Shown: positions 1 through 9,330 of the stretch, in pieces
Layout: every line of letters begins with the position of its first letter
Numbering within the stretch: the stretch's first letter is position 1
Origin: Candidatus Hydrogenedentota bacterium
GTDB lineage: Bacteria; Hydrogenedentota; Hydrogenedentia; Hydrogenedentales; SLHB01
Direction of reading: 5' to 3'
Assembly: GCA_045863295.1 (NCBI GenBank)
Contig: BTWA01000013.1
Coordinates: 1-64,000, forward strand
Length of the DNA stretch: 64,000 bases
The notes under the pieces: model-generated
The model's database searches: none
What the model was told of the DNA's origin: nothing
The model's input: the letters and a program-made list of their open reading frames with translations, nothing else
Made by a program: the position numbers and the translations under genes

Positions 1-2
1 TG

Positions 3-590
3 GGCACCCGCGCCGGCTCGGCCACCCCGGTTAAGGCGCTTACGGTAGACGAGGGAAGCGACGACGTAAAGGTGTTGGGTTCGGTTTGGGTGGGGGACGG
101 AGTCGACCTGGAGACCATCAAATTCGCCGGTCCGGGATCCACATTCCGGCGGCTCGAGTTTTATACGGGCTCCGCCTCGAGCGCCACCAATCGCCGTTGG
201 ATGTTCGGAGCCAGTGAACATCCGGAAGCTGGGCTGCTGGTGGGCAGTGCATTTACCATCAGTGCATGGGACAACGTGGGCACGTTCATTAATAACATAC
301 TCTTCATCGAGCGAGATCCAGCTGTCCCCGTCAAATTCAACAAGAGCGTTACGTCCTCCGGCGACTTGACCGCGCAGGACGGTGACGTGGTGGCTGGAGT
401 AGACGGCGCTACGCGCGGCGTCGTGACCTTGTGGGACGGGAGCGGAGGCGCTGCGCCGGGATGCGTGAAGATCGCATCGCCCAACGGAACCGTCTGGTAT
501 CTGTTTGTAGAAGACGACGGCACTCTAAAAGTGTCCAACACAGTCCCAACCGCCAACGGCGACGGCACCGCCGTCGGAACGCAGTTCTGA
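3..590 (+). CDS. C-terminal part of a phage tail-fibre-like / surface protein (5' truncated by the window)
   Basis: Frame is open from base 3 (GTRAGSATPVKALTVDEG...) into the 72..590 ORF. Gly/Thr/Asp-rich, with segments RWMFGA...GSAFTISAWDNVGTF and IASPNGTVWYLFVEDDGTL that resemble tail-fibre C-terminal motifs. Confidence 0.5.
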   Translation, partial: GTRAGSATPVKALTVDEGSDDVKVLGSVWVGDGVDLETIKFAGPGSTFRRLEFYTGSASSATNRRWMFGASEHPEAGLLVGSAFTISAWDNVGTFINNILFIERDPAVPVKFNKSVTSSGDLTAQDGDVVAGVDGATRGVVTLWDGSGGAAPGCVKIASPNGTVWYLFVEDDGTLKVSNTVPTANGDGTAVGTQF

Positions 591-619
591 GAAATCGTGA
601 CCCGATTACCCGAAGACCC

Positions 620-767
620 CGCGGACAAAGTGCTCACACAGAATTCCTCAAGCTTGAAACGCGGAGGATATTTCACGTGCACACTGTACTTGCATCGCAT
701 TCAACAATGGTGCGGTGGAACTGTTGGTACACCGTTAATTGGACAAAGTCGTGAAGTATCCGGGCTA
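620..767 (+). mobile_element. MITE-like dispersed repeat, copy 1 (left end degenerate or missing)
   Basis: 635-764 aligns without gaps to 47911-48040 (106/130 identical by hand count) and to the reverse complement of 39887-40016. Ends GTGAAGTATCCGGGC followed by TA. Confidence 0.75.
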
Positions 768-943
768 CCCCCCAGGGGTGTACCCCTTGAATCGACAAAT
801 ACATGCAAGGTGACCTATATCGATCAAGCACTTGCAGCAGCCTCCGAACAGCCCCCCCTTGTATCGTCACTCTCTTGGGGGAGGGGGGTGCAATGCCAGG
901 CGCACGCAGCCAGGTGCCTGCCACCGCAAGGACAGTCCGGCGC

Positions 944-983
944 AAAATCAGAAGGCCCCGCCGAGTTCACCTCGGCGGGGCCT
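944..983 (-). terminator. Intrinsic terminator of ahpCD
   Basis: 13-bp inverted repeat AGGCCCCGCCGAG/CTCGGCGGGGCCT (953-983) followed on the minus strand by TCTGATTTT, just downstream of the ahpD stop. Confidence 0.7.
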
Positions 984-1001
984 GGCGCCCCGAAAGTAGG
1001 T

Positions 1002-1547
1002 TCAAGCGACGGGCGTTTGCATCGCCTTCTCGGCGTCGAGGACTCCGGCGATGGCGTGGATCACCGAAGCGATGCGCACTGCATGTTGAATCGCCGGTTT
1101 GCCCATGCCTTTGTCGATCAGTTCCTTCTCGTGGGCCGCGATGCATGCGCCGCAGGCATTGATCGTCGATACGACGAGCGACCAGAGTTCGAAATCCACC
1201 TTGTCAACGCCGGGATTCATCATGACGTTCATGCGCAGTCGCGCCGGCATCGTGCCGTATTCCTTGTTGGGCACCAGATGCAGGAACCGGTAATAGATGT
1301 TGTTCATGCCCATGATCGCGCCGGCCGCTTTGACGCCACGCAGCGCCCCTTCGGTCAAGTGCGTGGCGGCGTCTTCGTGGATCTCCGCCAACACTTCGGG
1401 ATTGCGGGAAGCAATGGCCGCCGCCAACAAGCTGCCCCAGAGCTGTTGTTCCGTCATCCCTTCCGGCGTCGAAATGATGGAAGACAAATTCAGCTTGAGG
1501 TCCTTGGCATATTCCGGCAAGTGCTCTTTCAATTTCTCAATGGCCAT
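1002..1547 (-). CDS. ahpD: Alkyl hydroperoxidase AhpD
   Basis: LPEYAKDLKLNL N-terminus, MNNIYYRF, and CxxC motif INACGACIAAH; lies downstream of ahpC. Confidence 0.93.
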   Translation of the reverse strand: MAIEKLKEHLPEYAKDLKLNLSSIISTPEGMTEQQLWGSLLAAAIASRNPEVLAEIHEDAATHLTEGALRGVKAAGAIMGMNNIYYRFLHLVPNKEYGTMPARLRMNVMMNPGVDKVDFELWSLVVSTINACGACIAAHEKELIDKGMGKPAIQHAVRIASVIHAIAGVLDAEKAMQTPVA

Positions 1548-1623
1548 ATCAGCGAACCTCCTCCTTGGAGTTTTGCGCCGCGTGCAACCGCCGCGCGGTC
1601 AGCGTCAATCAATGACGCGCCGG

Positions 1624-2163
1624 TCAGTTCACGGAAATGGTGGACTCGCCCTTTTGCCAGTTGCACGGGCAAAGCTCATCGGTCTGCAACGCGTCCAGAA
1701 CGCGAAGCACTTCCGCCGGGTTGCGACCCACGCTGAGATCGTTGACGGAGGCAAAACGGATGACGCCCTGCGGATCAACCAAAAACGTCGCGCGAAGGCA
1801 GACCCCCTCGTTCTTGTCCAGAATGCCCAGCGCCTCGGAAAGTTCGCGCTTGATGTCGGCAACCATGGGGAACGGCAAATCGCGCAAATCGTCATGGCTG
1901 CGGCGCCACGCTAGGTGAACGAATTCCGAATCCGTGCTCACCCCAAGCACCTGCGCATCGCGATCGGCAAAATCCGAATTCAAATCGCCGAACGCCTTGA
2001 TCTCCGTCGGGCAAACAAACGTGAAATCCTTCGGCCAGAAAAACACCACCAGCCACTTGCCGGGGTACGTGGCGTTCGATATCTCGGTGAACGCGGTCTT
2101 CGTGTCCAACGACACCACCCCTTTGAGATAAAAGCTTGGGAATTGATCGCCAACCGTCAACAT
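1624..2163 (-). CDS. ahpC: 2-Cys peroxiredoxin AhpC
   Basis: FFWPKDFTFVCPTE peroxidatic motif, GRNPAEVLR, LCPCNW. Start taken at MLTVGDQFP (ATG 2163, AAGGAG upstream). Confidence 0.95.
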   Translation of the reverse strand: MLTVGDQFPSFYLKGVVSLDTKTAFTEISNATYPGKWLVVFFWPKDFTFVCPTEIKAFGDLNSDFADRDAQVLGVSTDSEFVHLAWRRSHDDLRDLPFPMVADIKRELSEALGILDKNEGVCLRATFLVDPQGVIRFASVNDLSVGRNPAEVLRVLDALQTDELCPCNWQKGESTISVN

Positions 2164-2483
2164 ACTTCGATACTCCTTCTGCTGGGCCCATTGAAGGCCG
2201 TTCTGTTCAGTGTCCATGCAGGCGCGTTTCGCCATCCGGACATAGCGCAATCGGTCACAAGACGCACCTCAAGCGCATCTCGCTCCCTCACTGCTGTTGC
2301 TGTATCGGCCTGGATTCCCCCAAGAATCGGCAGGCAACAGATTGCCCGATTCTGCGCCAAAGCACAGATTGGACAAAGTATAAACAAAACACCTCTCAGG
2401 ATCAAGTTCGATCGCTTGACCCCATGGAACCGGCGGGCCTATCGTACGCCGTCGTTCAACCGCTGCGAGGGAGGGACGGAACG

Positions 2484-3470
2484 ATGGAACTCGATGGAAG
2501 GTTCAACCGCCGCGAAGCGTTGGCCGCGGCGATCGCCATGGGGCTTGCCGGATCGGTCAAGGCGCAGAAAACCGAGGAGCCCGCAATGACCACCCTTGTG
2601 TACCGAAGCGTGGACACCGTGGACATCCAGGTAGATGTATACGGTTCAGGTCGCAGCGGCCCACGGCCCGCGTTAATGTGGATCCACGGCGGCGGGCTGA
2701 TCACGGGAAGCCGCGGCTCCATTTTCAAAAGCGTGAGGAGCGTATGCCAGGAATCGGGATATGTCCTCGCCTCGTTTGACTACCGGCTCGGTCCGGAGGT
2801 AAAGGTACCCGCCATTCTCGACGACATCGCGGCGGGGTATCGCTGGTTGATCGAGCAGGGCCCTGACGTGGCCGGGGTGGACGCCAGCCGTGTCGCGGTA
2901 GCGGGCACTTCGGCGGGCGGCTATCTGACCTTAACTACCGGGTATCGGGTAGTGCCGCGCCCTAAGGCGCTCGTATCCTACTGGGGGTATGGCGACATCG
3001 CGGGCGACTGGTACAGCAAGCCTTCCGAACACTATCGCACCGCAAGCCCACTGGTGGATCGCGACACGGCATTGTCGGCAGTGAACAAGGGCGTGCTTAC
3101 GAAGGTGGAAGGTGAGATCGGCAAAGGCCGCGGAACTTATTATTTATACCTCCGGCAAAATGGATTGTGGACCCAGGAAATGACCGGGCTCGACCCAAAC
3201 ACCGATCAGGCCAAGCTGGCCGCGCTATGTCCGGTTCAAAACGTTGGCAGTGACTATCCGCCCACAATGCTCGTGCACGGCACAAACGACACGGACGTTC
3301 CCTACGACCAGTCAAAGAGTATGGCGGAAGCCCTTGCGGCCATGGCCATTCCCCATGAATTGGTGACCGTGGAAGGCGGCGGCCACGGGCTGACCGGCGT
3401 CGATGCCGCCGAGGTGGAATCCGCCCACCGGCGTGCGCAAGCGTTCATCCGGTCCCATCTGGGGGATTGA
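2484..3470 (+). CDS. Alpha/beta hydrolase (HSL/BD-FAE-like esterase) with probable Tat signal peptide
   Basis: HGGG oxyanion motif, GTSAGG nucleophile elbow, HGTNDTDV, GGGHG. N-terminal NRREALAAA followed by a hydrophobic stretch; GAGGGAGG RBS before ATG 2484. Confidence 0.85.
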   Translation: MELDGRFNRREALAAAIAMGLAGSVKAQKTEEPAMTTLVYRSVDTVDIQVDVYGSGRSGPRPALMWIHGGGLITGSRGSIFKSVRSVCQESGYVLASFDYRLGPEVKVPAILDDIAAGYRWLIEQGPDVAGVDASRVAVAGTSAGGYLTLTTGYRVVPRPKALVSYWGYGDIAGDWYSKPSEHYRTASPLVDRDTALSAVNKGVLTKVEGEIGKGRGTYYLYLRQNGLWTQEMTGLDPNTDQAKLAALCPVQNVGSDYPPTMLVHGTNDTDVPYDQSKSMAEALAAMAIPHELVTVEGGGHGLTGVDAAEVESAHRRAQAFIRSHLGD

Positions 3471-3628
3471 AGCGCTTCTTTTTTGTATTGGGTACCAAAA
3501 GGCATTACAGTAAAGCGGCGAAGGAGTGAGCGGGAGAGGGGTTAGTCAGCGTATTCGAATGGCCCTGGGAGCAACAGTTGCAGGCCGCGCCCCGTCTGTG
3601 CGGTCTGCGGATAACGTGATCGGAATCC

Positions 3629-4600
3629 ATGTTCCAAGACTTTGAATTGTCATGTTTGCGCCGTATGGTGAAAATGCGGGAAGAGCGGCAGCTCAGCTAT
3701 TTGCGGCAGAGCGTGGCCATGATGCTCTCGCAGTCCGCCCGAACCATTCCGCATGCGGCGGGGCATGTCGAATTCGACGTGACGCCCTTGATCGAATACG
3801 GCGACCGGGTGGTCCAGGAATTCGATCAGAACGGCGAAAAACTTACCGCAGAACAAATTACGCGCAAGGCGCTGCACAAAAACTTCTCCGCGTTCTTCAT
3901 TAAAACCATCGCCCATGTGATGCACCATGTGCCGGAATTGAATGGGTTTGTGGATTGGGCGCCCGCCCGCACCTCGGGCACATTTTACATCGCCGAAGAC
4001 ATCAATCTGAGCTTTACCGTGCATACGAAATTTGGCGTGGTGAAGCCGATCGTGCGTAATCCGCACTTGAAGACGCTGGAACAGGTGGCCAATGAGATGC
4101 GTATTCTAACGCGAAAGAGCCGCCGGACGGATATCAATGAACTGTACAACAAGGTGAGTTGGCTCTATTTCAAGGAAGCAATCCGGCAAATGGATCCAAC
4201 CTGCATTGTGCCCGGAATTATGTACATTAGAAGCTTGTTCCGGCCGTCGTATCCAGTGGATCCCCAATTGAAGGACGTACCGGAAGAGGACCGGCTGAAA
4301 GCGGAGGATATTCTCGGTGCCACCTGTACGGTCGCGAACATCGGCATGGCGGTGCGCGCCTGCCAGACGGTCACGGTGATCATTCCGCCGGAAGTGTTCA
4401 TGTGGGGGATTGGCCATACCCGCCTCGAGCCTCGCGTTGTGAATGGCCAGATCCTGCCGCGCCACGTGGTGACGGTTACCTGTACCTTCGATCATCGCGC
4501 TCTGGACGGTGGCGACGTGTTTCCGCTGACGGAAGTGATGGACCGGTATATCTCGAATCCGGCGCTCATCTACGAATGGAAGCCCGGCGATCCCGTTTGA
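3629..4600 (+). CDS. 2-oxoacid dehydrogenase E2-like acyltransferase, catalytic domain only
   Basis: TIPHA..VEFDVT, GATCTVANIG and FDHRALDG catalytic motif; no lipoyl domain. Start uncertain. Confidence 0.75.
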   Translation: MFQDFELSCLRRMVKMREERQLSYLRQSVAMMLSQSARTIPHAAGHVEFDVTPLIEYGDRVVQEFDQNGEKLTAEQITRKALHKNFSAFFIKTIAHVMHHVPELNGFVDWAPARTSGTFYIAEDINLSFTVHTKFGVVKPIVRNPHLKTLEQVANEMRILTRKSRRTDINELYNKVSWLYFKEAIRQMDPTCIVPGIMYIRSLFRPSYPVDPQLKDVPEEDRLKAEDILGATCTVANIGMAVRACQTVTVIIPPEVFMWGIGHTRLEPRVVNGQILPRHVVTVTCTFDHRALDGGDVFPLTEVMDRYISNPALIYEWKPGDPV

Positions 4601-4606
4601 TAAGGC

Positions 4607-6997
4607 CTACCGGACCGACTGCATCCCCTGCCGCATCCAATCCTTTAGCGGGCCTTCGGTAATCGATCGTTCCCTGCCAGTGTCGCTTGCGGCATCCGGC
4701 CGTATGCCCGCCACAATCATTGCATCGCCGTACACCGGTGCCTCGGCGAGGATACCGCCGTCGGGACTGACGATTCGGCTTTGTCCGTGCGAGGTGTCGT
4801 GCCGTTCCGGCGCACTCGGATCCGCCGGGGCATTGGCGCACACAAAGTAGATGCTGTTCTCAGCCGCCCGCGCCTGAATTTGCGCCCGGTAGGGATCGAT
4901 CTTGTGTTCCTCCAACACGCCGGATTCACATGAGATATAGAAGAATAGCTGGACGCCGGCCAATGCGCGCAACTGGACCAGTTCCGGATAGCGTTCGTCG
5001 TGACAAATTATCGTGGCGCATTTCACCCCGTCGATTTCGAAAGTCGAAAGGTCCGTTCCGGGCGTGGCCCACTTCTCTCCCGCCAGTTGGATCTTCGCGT
5101 ACTGATCCAGGATGGTCCCGTCGGGGCCGATGGCAATAGCGCCACAGTGGACGGCATCGCCATTGCGGAAAGGTGCGCCGACGATGGCATACAGGTTCAA
5201 CTCGCGGCAGCAGTCGCGAATCCGATTCATGGCGCGATCAACCGCTTCCCATTCGAACGTCGAGAGAAAGGTAGCGCTTTTTGAGTATCCGGTTAGCGCC
5301 ATTTCGGAAAAAACGACAACCCGTGCGCCTTCTTGTGCCGCTTCACGCAGACGGCTCTCGATGCAAAGCAAATTGCGGTCCACATCGAACTCGGTCAGAA
5401 ACTGCACGGCCGCCACACGCAAGTACCGCCTGGCGTCGTCTTGCCGGATCAGTTCGGCCAGGTGATCGGGGTTGACCAGGCCATCTTCCGGTGCATCCAT
5501 CTTTGCACCGAATTGACCGTTGGTTTTCGCGGTTGTGGTGTACACACCAGGTTTGTCGGCTGCGATGATCCGCATACCATAGGATAGCGCCGCAAGTCTT
5601 TCGCGCACCGGAGCGTCCATGACCGGAGCCCACGGAATCACCATTGCGGAGGCGTTGATAGGTTCACTCAGCAGGTTGGCATCGGTTACAACACGAACAG
5701 AAATAGAGCGATCGAGAAGTTCGGATAACAGCGCCATCTGCTTCTCGGCCAGCCATTCAGCGTCTTCCCGGTACAAGTAGTTCTGCCATTTCGAAAGATA
5801 GTAGTAGCACGTTGACCGGGACGACGTTTCGGTGGGTGCGACCGGTGGCATGGCGCGGATTGCGTTGCCAATGTCTGCAAGCCAGGATTCGCCGGCTATG
5901 GGCGTGCTTCCCCAGTTGCTGACTTGAATGCCGGCCGCGCCCGCATGCAGCGCTTCTTGTGCCATTGCCGTAAGTCTTTCGCGCGCATATCCGTGTTGAT
6001 CGATCAAGTAGGGCCCATCGATCTCAAACACGACCGGCTTGCCGGCGATGCCAGCCATCACGGCCACGGCTTCGCGTGAACCATAACGGGCGTCGGGTCC
6101 GTGCCAGAAGAAATCGTAGGAGTGGACCACTTCATCGGCGGCACGGGCATACTCCTGATAGGCGAGGTTGGCGAACGCCGCTGACTCGCGACGGAAGCTT
6201 TCGCCAAGGGGAACCGATATCCGGGCAGTGGGATCAGCGGAGCGAACGGTTGCGGCGAAACCCTGCACATAGTGGGCAAGGGAGAATTCGCGAAAGCGGA
6301 TCCAGTCACCGTTCGCTTGGGACAAATCAGGCTCACCGTGTGTCGGATTCGGTACGGGCGGTTGTACTCCGTCGAAATGGGTGAACGCCGATTTCCATGT
6401 CGCGTTCAACGCCTCGATGGTTTGGTATTGCCCGGCAAGCCATAATCGAAACGCATCGCGCGCCGCGGGCTCGTACGTGTTCCATGCCCCAAACTTCACC
6501 TCCATATGAACGCTGAATCCGGGTGAATAGGTGTATCCCTTGCCCTCAAAATGGCGCGCGGCGGCGGCTACGAACGCCATCTGGGCTTCCCGATTTCTGA
6601 AGCTGAAGATGCTGGGAACGCCTTTGCGGTACGAGAAATCCGACCCGTCGGGATTTTTCGAAAGGTCGGGTGAAAACCAGGGAGGAACATCCAACACATT
6701 GACCCGGAGGCGGATCGCCAGTCCTTTGGATTCAATGTATTCTAATCGTTCGGATACCGCACTGAATTCGAACCGGCCTTGCTCGGGCTCGCAGGCATGC
6801 CAACCCACACCCAATTCGATCTGCGTAAAGCCGTGCGCGGCACATGCATCGACTTGACGCCGGAATTGATCCATGTCCGTATAGCCCGGTTCCCAATCCC
6901 ACAAGGTAAAGCTGAATTGGACCGGCATCGGATTCGCGGCCGCAATGACGGCAAACACACTGGCAAAGACGAACATGGCACGCATCCTCCGGCCCAT
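4607..6997 (-). CDS. Secreted fusion protein: GH42/beta-galactosidase-like TIM barrel plus C-terminal nitrilase/CN-hydrolase domain
   Basis: Signal peptide. WHACEPEQGRFEFS and AFRLWLAGQYQTIEALNATW are GH42-like; FSEMALTGY, YAKIQL and ICHDERYPE give the nitrilase E-K-C triad; HGQSRIVSPDG. Confidence 0.75.
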   Translation of the reverse strand: MGRRMRAMFVFASVFAVIAAANPMPVQFSFTLWDWEPGYTDMDQFRRQVDACAAHGFTQIELGVGWHACEPEQGRFEFSAVSERLEYIESKGLAIRLRVNVLDVPPWFSPDLSKNPDGSDFSYRKGVPSIFSFRNREAQMAFVAAAARHFEGKGYTYSPGFSVHMEVKFGAWNTYEPAARDAFRLWLAGQYQTIEALNATWKSAFTHFDGVQPPVPNPTHGEPDLSQANGDWIRFREFSLAHYVQGFAATVRSADPTARISVPLGESFRRESAAFANLAYQEYARAADEVVHSYDFFWHGPDARYGSREAVAVMAGIAGKPVVFEIDGPYLIDQHGYARERLTAMAQEALHAGAAGIQVSNWGSTPIAGESWLADIGNAIRAMPPVAPTETSSRSTCYYYLSKWQNYLYREDAEWLAEKQMALLSELLDRSISVRVVTDANLLSEPINASAMVIPWAPVMDAPVRERLAALSYGMRIIAADKPGVYTTTAKTNGQFGAKMDAPEDGLVNPDHLAELIRQDDARRYLRVAAVQFLTEFDVDRNLLCIESRLREAAQEGARVVVFSEMALTGYSKSATFLSTFEWEAVDRAMNRIRDCCRELNLYAIVGAPFRNGDAVHCGAIAIGPDGTILDQYAKIQLAGEKWATPGTDLSTFEIDGVKCATIICHDERYPELVQLRALAGVQLFFYISCESGVLEEHKIDPYRAQIQARAAENSIYFVCANAPADPSAPERHDTSHGQSRIVSPDGGILAEAPVYGDAMIVAGIRPDAASDTGRERSITEGPLKDWMRQGMQSVR

Positions 6998-7047
6998 CGT
7001 ACGACCCTCTACCGTTCAGGCCAGACACTCCGATATTGGGAACTGCC

Positions 7048-8745
7048 TTACATTCGGTCGAGCGCTTCCACGCCCAGCAAATAGAGGGCGTTGGAAAGTG
7101 TTTGGCGCGTGGCCGAGCACAACTGCAGGCGCGCCAAACGGTGCGCCTCACTGGGCGCATCCAGCACCGGGCATTCGTGATAGAACGACGTGAACAGGTG
7201 GGCCGCTTCGATGGCGTATTGACCGATCGGAGCGACGCTGCGTTGCGCGACAGCGGACGCGACAATGTCGGGAAATGCCGCAATCTTCATTGTCAGCGCC
7301 CACTCCGCATTCGTTTCGGTAGGAAATTCTTCCATCGGTTCCGAGGGAACCTGCTGGCCGTGCTTGCGCAAAATGGAAGCGATCCGGGCGCAGGAGTATT
7401 GCACATACGGGCCGGTGTCTCCCGTAAACGACAGGCTGCTATCCCAATCAAAAATGACGTTCTTGTTTGAGTTGACGCGAAGTATGGCGAATCGGATCGC
7501 GCCGACGGCTACCTTGCCGGCGATAGCCTGTCTTTCGGCATCAGCGAGGTCCTTACATTGCTCGTTTACTTTTTCAGCCGCGCGGGCGGTTGCCTCGTCG
7601 AGGAAGTCCGACAACAGGACAACCTGGCCCTGGCGCGTGGACATTTTGCCTTCTTTCAGCAGAATGTACGCATAATAGATTTGCTCGGGCACGTGTTTTC
7701 CCGCTGCTTCGAGGATCAGGGCCAACTGTTGCATGTAGAGCCGGTGATCTTCGCCCAGCACAATCAGATTCAGATCGGTTTTCCGTTCCAGCTTGTCAAT
7801 CGTGTACGCCAGATCGCGATAGCAATACATGGAACTTCCATTGGAGCGGAGCAACGCAACATAACGGCCTTCCTTGTAAGGATGCCCCAGTTTTTCCAGA
7901 TCGACGGATGTGCGCGATTCTTCGTCTACAAAGAGGGCATCCCGCGCGCGAAGGGCTTCGAGCACCGATTCAAGCCTTGGATCCTTCACGAAATCCGATT
8001 CCCGATCGAAGACATCGTAGTGGATGCCCAGCCGGGACAGCACGGCAACCTGACCGCGCAGACACATCTCGGTCACCGCATGAAATCGCTTCTTGACCTC
8101 CGCATCGCCCTCTTCGATTCTGGCCAGGAGTTCATAGCCTGCGGCTGCAAATTCCGGATCGTGCTCGGCGCGCGCATTTGCATCGGCATACACTCTGAGC
8201 ATATCGTCAAAATTCATCGATTCGGGTTTATCACATACGAGCACGAGCAAAGCAATTTGACGGCCGATATCGTTTACGTAGTAGTGAACTTCGACCTCGT
8301 ACCCATCGTATTTCAACAGGCGAACGAGGCTGTCGCCAATCATGGCGTTCCGTGCGCGGCCCACATGAGGACTGGCATTGGGGTTGATGCTGGTGTGTTC
8401 CACCAGCGCGGTCTTGCCAACTCCGGATCCGGTTGATCCGTACTGACGCCCTTCCTGCAACACTTTGCCCACGATGGCGCGGGCGAAACGGCCTCTCGAA
8501 ATTCTAAAATTCGCGTAGGGGCCCGCTGGAGTAACCTGCTGCACGTCCGGTCCGAAATTAATCTCAATCGCGATCCGCGCCGCGAATTGAGCCGGCGCCA
8601 TGCCGGCTTTTCGTGCAGCTTCGAATGTGCGCAGGGCTACATCGCCCAGTTCAAGATTGGGCGGCACGTGAAACGACAGATCTCCCGCGGACAATTGGGG
8701 AAATGCTTCGAGAATGGGACCCTTCAAGTTGGCGAAGGCGGACAC
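7048..8745 (-). CDS. argS: Arginyl-tRNA synthetase
   Basis: EHTSINPNASPHVGRARN (HIGH-like), YYVND.GRQ, KMSTRQG, GDTGPYVQYSCARIASILRK (DALR domain), C-terminal RM. Confidence 0.95.
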   Translation of the reverse strand: MSAFANLKGPILEAFPQLSAGDLSFHVPPNLELGDVALRTFEAARKAGMAPAQFAARIAIEINFGPDVQQVTPAGPYANFRISRGRFARAIVGKVLQEGRQYGSTGSGVGKTALVEHTSINPNASPHVGRARNAMIGDSLVRLLKYDGYEVEVHYYVNDIGRQIALLVLVCDKPESMNFDDMLRVYADANARAEHDPEFAAAGYELLARIEEGDAEVKKRFHAVTEMCLRGQVAVLSRLGIHYDVFDRESDFVKDPRLESVLEALRARDALFVDEESRTSVDLEKLGHPYKEGRYVALLRSNGSSMYCYRDLAYTIDKLERKTDLNLIVLGEDHRLYMQQLALILEAAGKHVPEQIYYAYILLKEGKMSTRQGQVVLLSDFLDEATARAAEKVNEQCKDLADAERQAIAGKVAVGAIRFAILRVNSNKNVIFDWDSSLSFTGDTGPYVQYSCARIASILRKHGQQVPSEPMEEFPTETNAEWALTMKIAAFPDIVASAVAQRSVAPIGQYAIEAAHLFTSFYHECPVLDAPSEAHRLARLQLCSATRQTLSNALYLLGVEALDRM

Positions 8746-8805
8746 AATAGAACTCCGAAACAGGCACTCAAGGCGCGCCCTGCGTAATCAGGAAATTGTT
8801 ATCAC

Positions 8806-9330
8806 TTACTCGGTTGGCTTCGGCGCGAATTCCTGGTTAATTTGCTTTTCCTGCTCCTGCAAGAACTGTTCTGTGGGGGCAACGTACCGCTCGACAACCT
8901 TCACAATGTGGTACCCAAACGTAGACTCGATCACCTCACTGAGCTCACCAAGAGGCGCGGCCCACGCATACGCCTCAATCTTTGCATCCAAATCGTTCTT
9001 ATACGATCGGGAGAGATACCCGCCCCGGCTCGCGGATAGCGGATCATTCGAGTATTGCTTCGCCAAGGTCTCAAACCGCTCGCCCTGGACAATGCGCTCG
9101 CGCAAGCCACGGCACAATTCCAATGCGCGAGCCTTGGCCGCTGGAGTGGGCGAATCGGGCTTGATAAGAATGTGCTGGATGCGGAGGTAAGACACCTTGC
9201 TGTCAGGCTTTGTCAGCCACCACAACGCTCCAAGCAAGGCGAAGAACAGGACGATGACACCGGCCCACATCAGCATGGTTCGTTCCTTGGGTTCCTCGAC
9301 TTCCTGCACGCGATCAAACTCCGAGCTCAT
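8806..9330 (-). CDS. Membrane-anchored parvulin (PpiC-type) peptidyl-prolyl isomerase
   Basis: N-terminal TM helix; HILIK, FETLAKQYSND, GGYL, SEVIESTFGYHIVKV. Confidence 0.9.
   Translation of the reverse strand: MSSEFDRVQEVEEPKERTMLMWAGVIVLFFALLGALWWLTKPDSKVSYLRIQHILIKPDSPTPAAKARALELCRGLRERIVQGERFETLAKQYSNDPLSASRGGYLSRSYKNDLDAKIEAYAWAAPLGELSEVIESTFGYHIVKVVERYVAPTEQFLQEQEKQINQEFAPKPTE

Noticed and set aside
620..767. Repeat copies as the template/variable repeats of a diversity-generating retroelement, since copy 1 follows a tail-fibre-like gene
   Set aside because: The copies lie outside coding regions, the differences are not confined to adenines, and no reverse transcriptase is in the window.
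2368..2380. ATTGGACAAAGT matching part of the repeat core
   Set aside because: Isolated 12-mer with no flanking similarity; probably chance.
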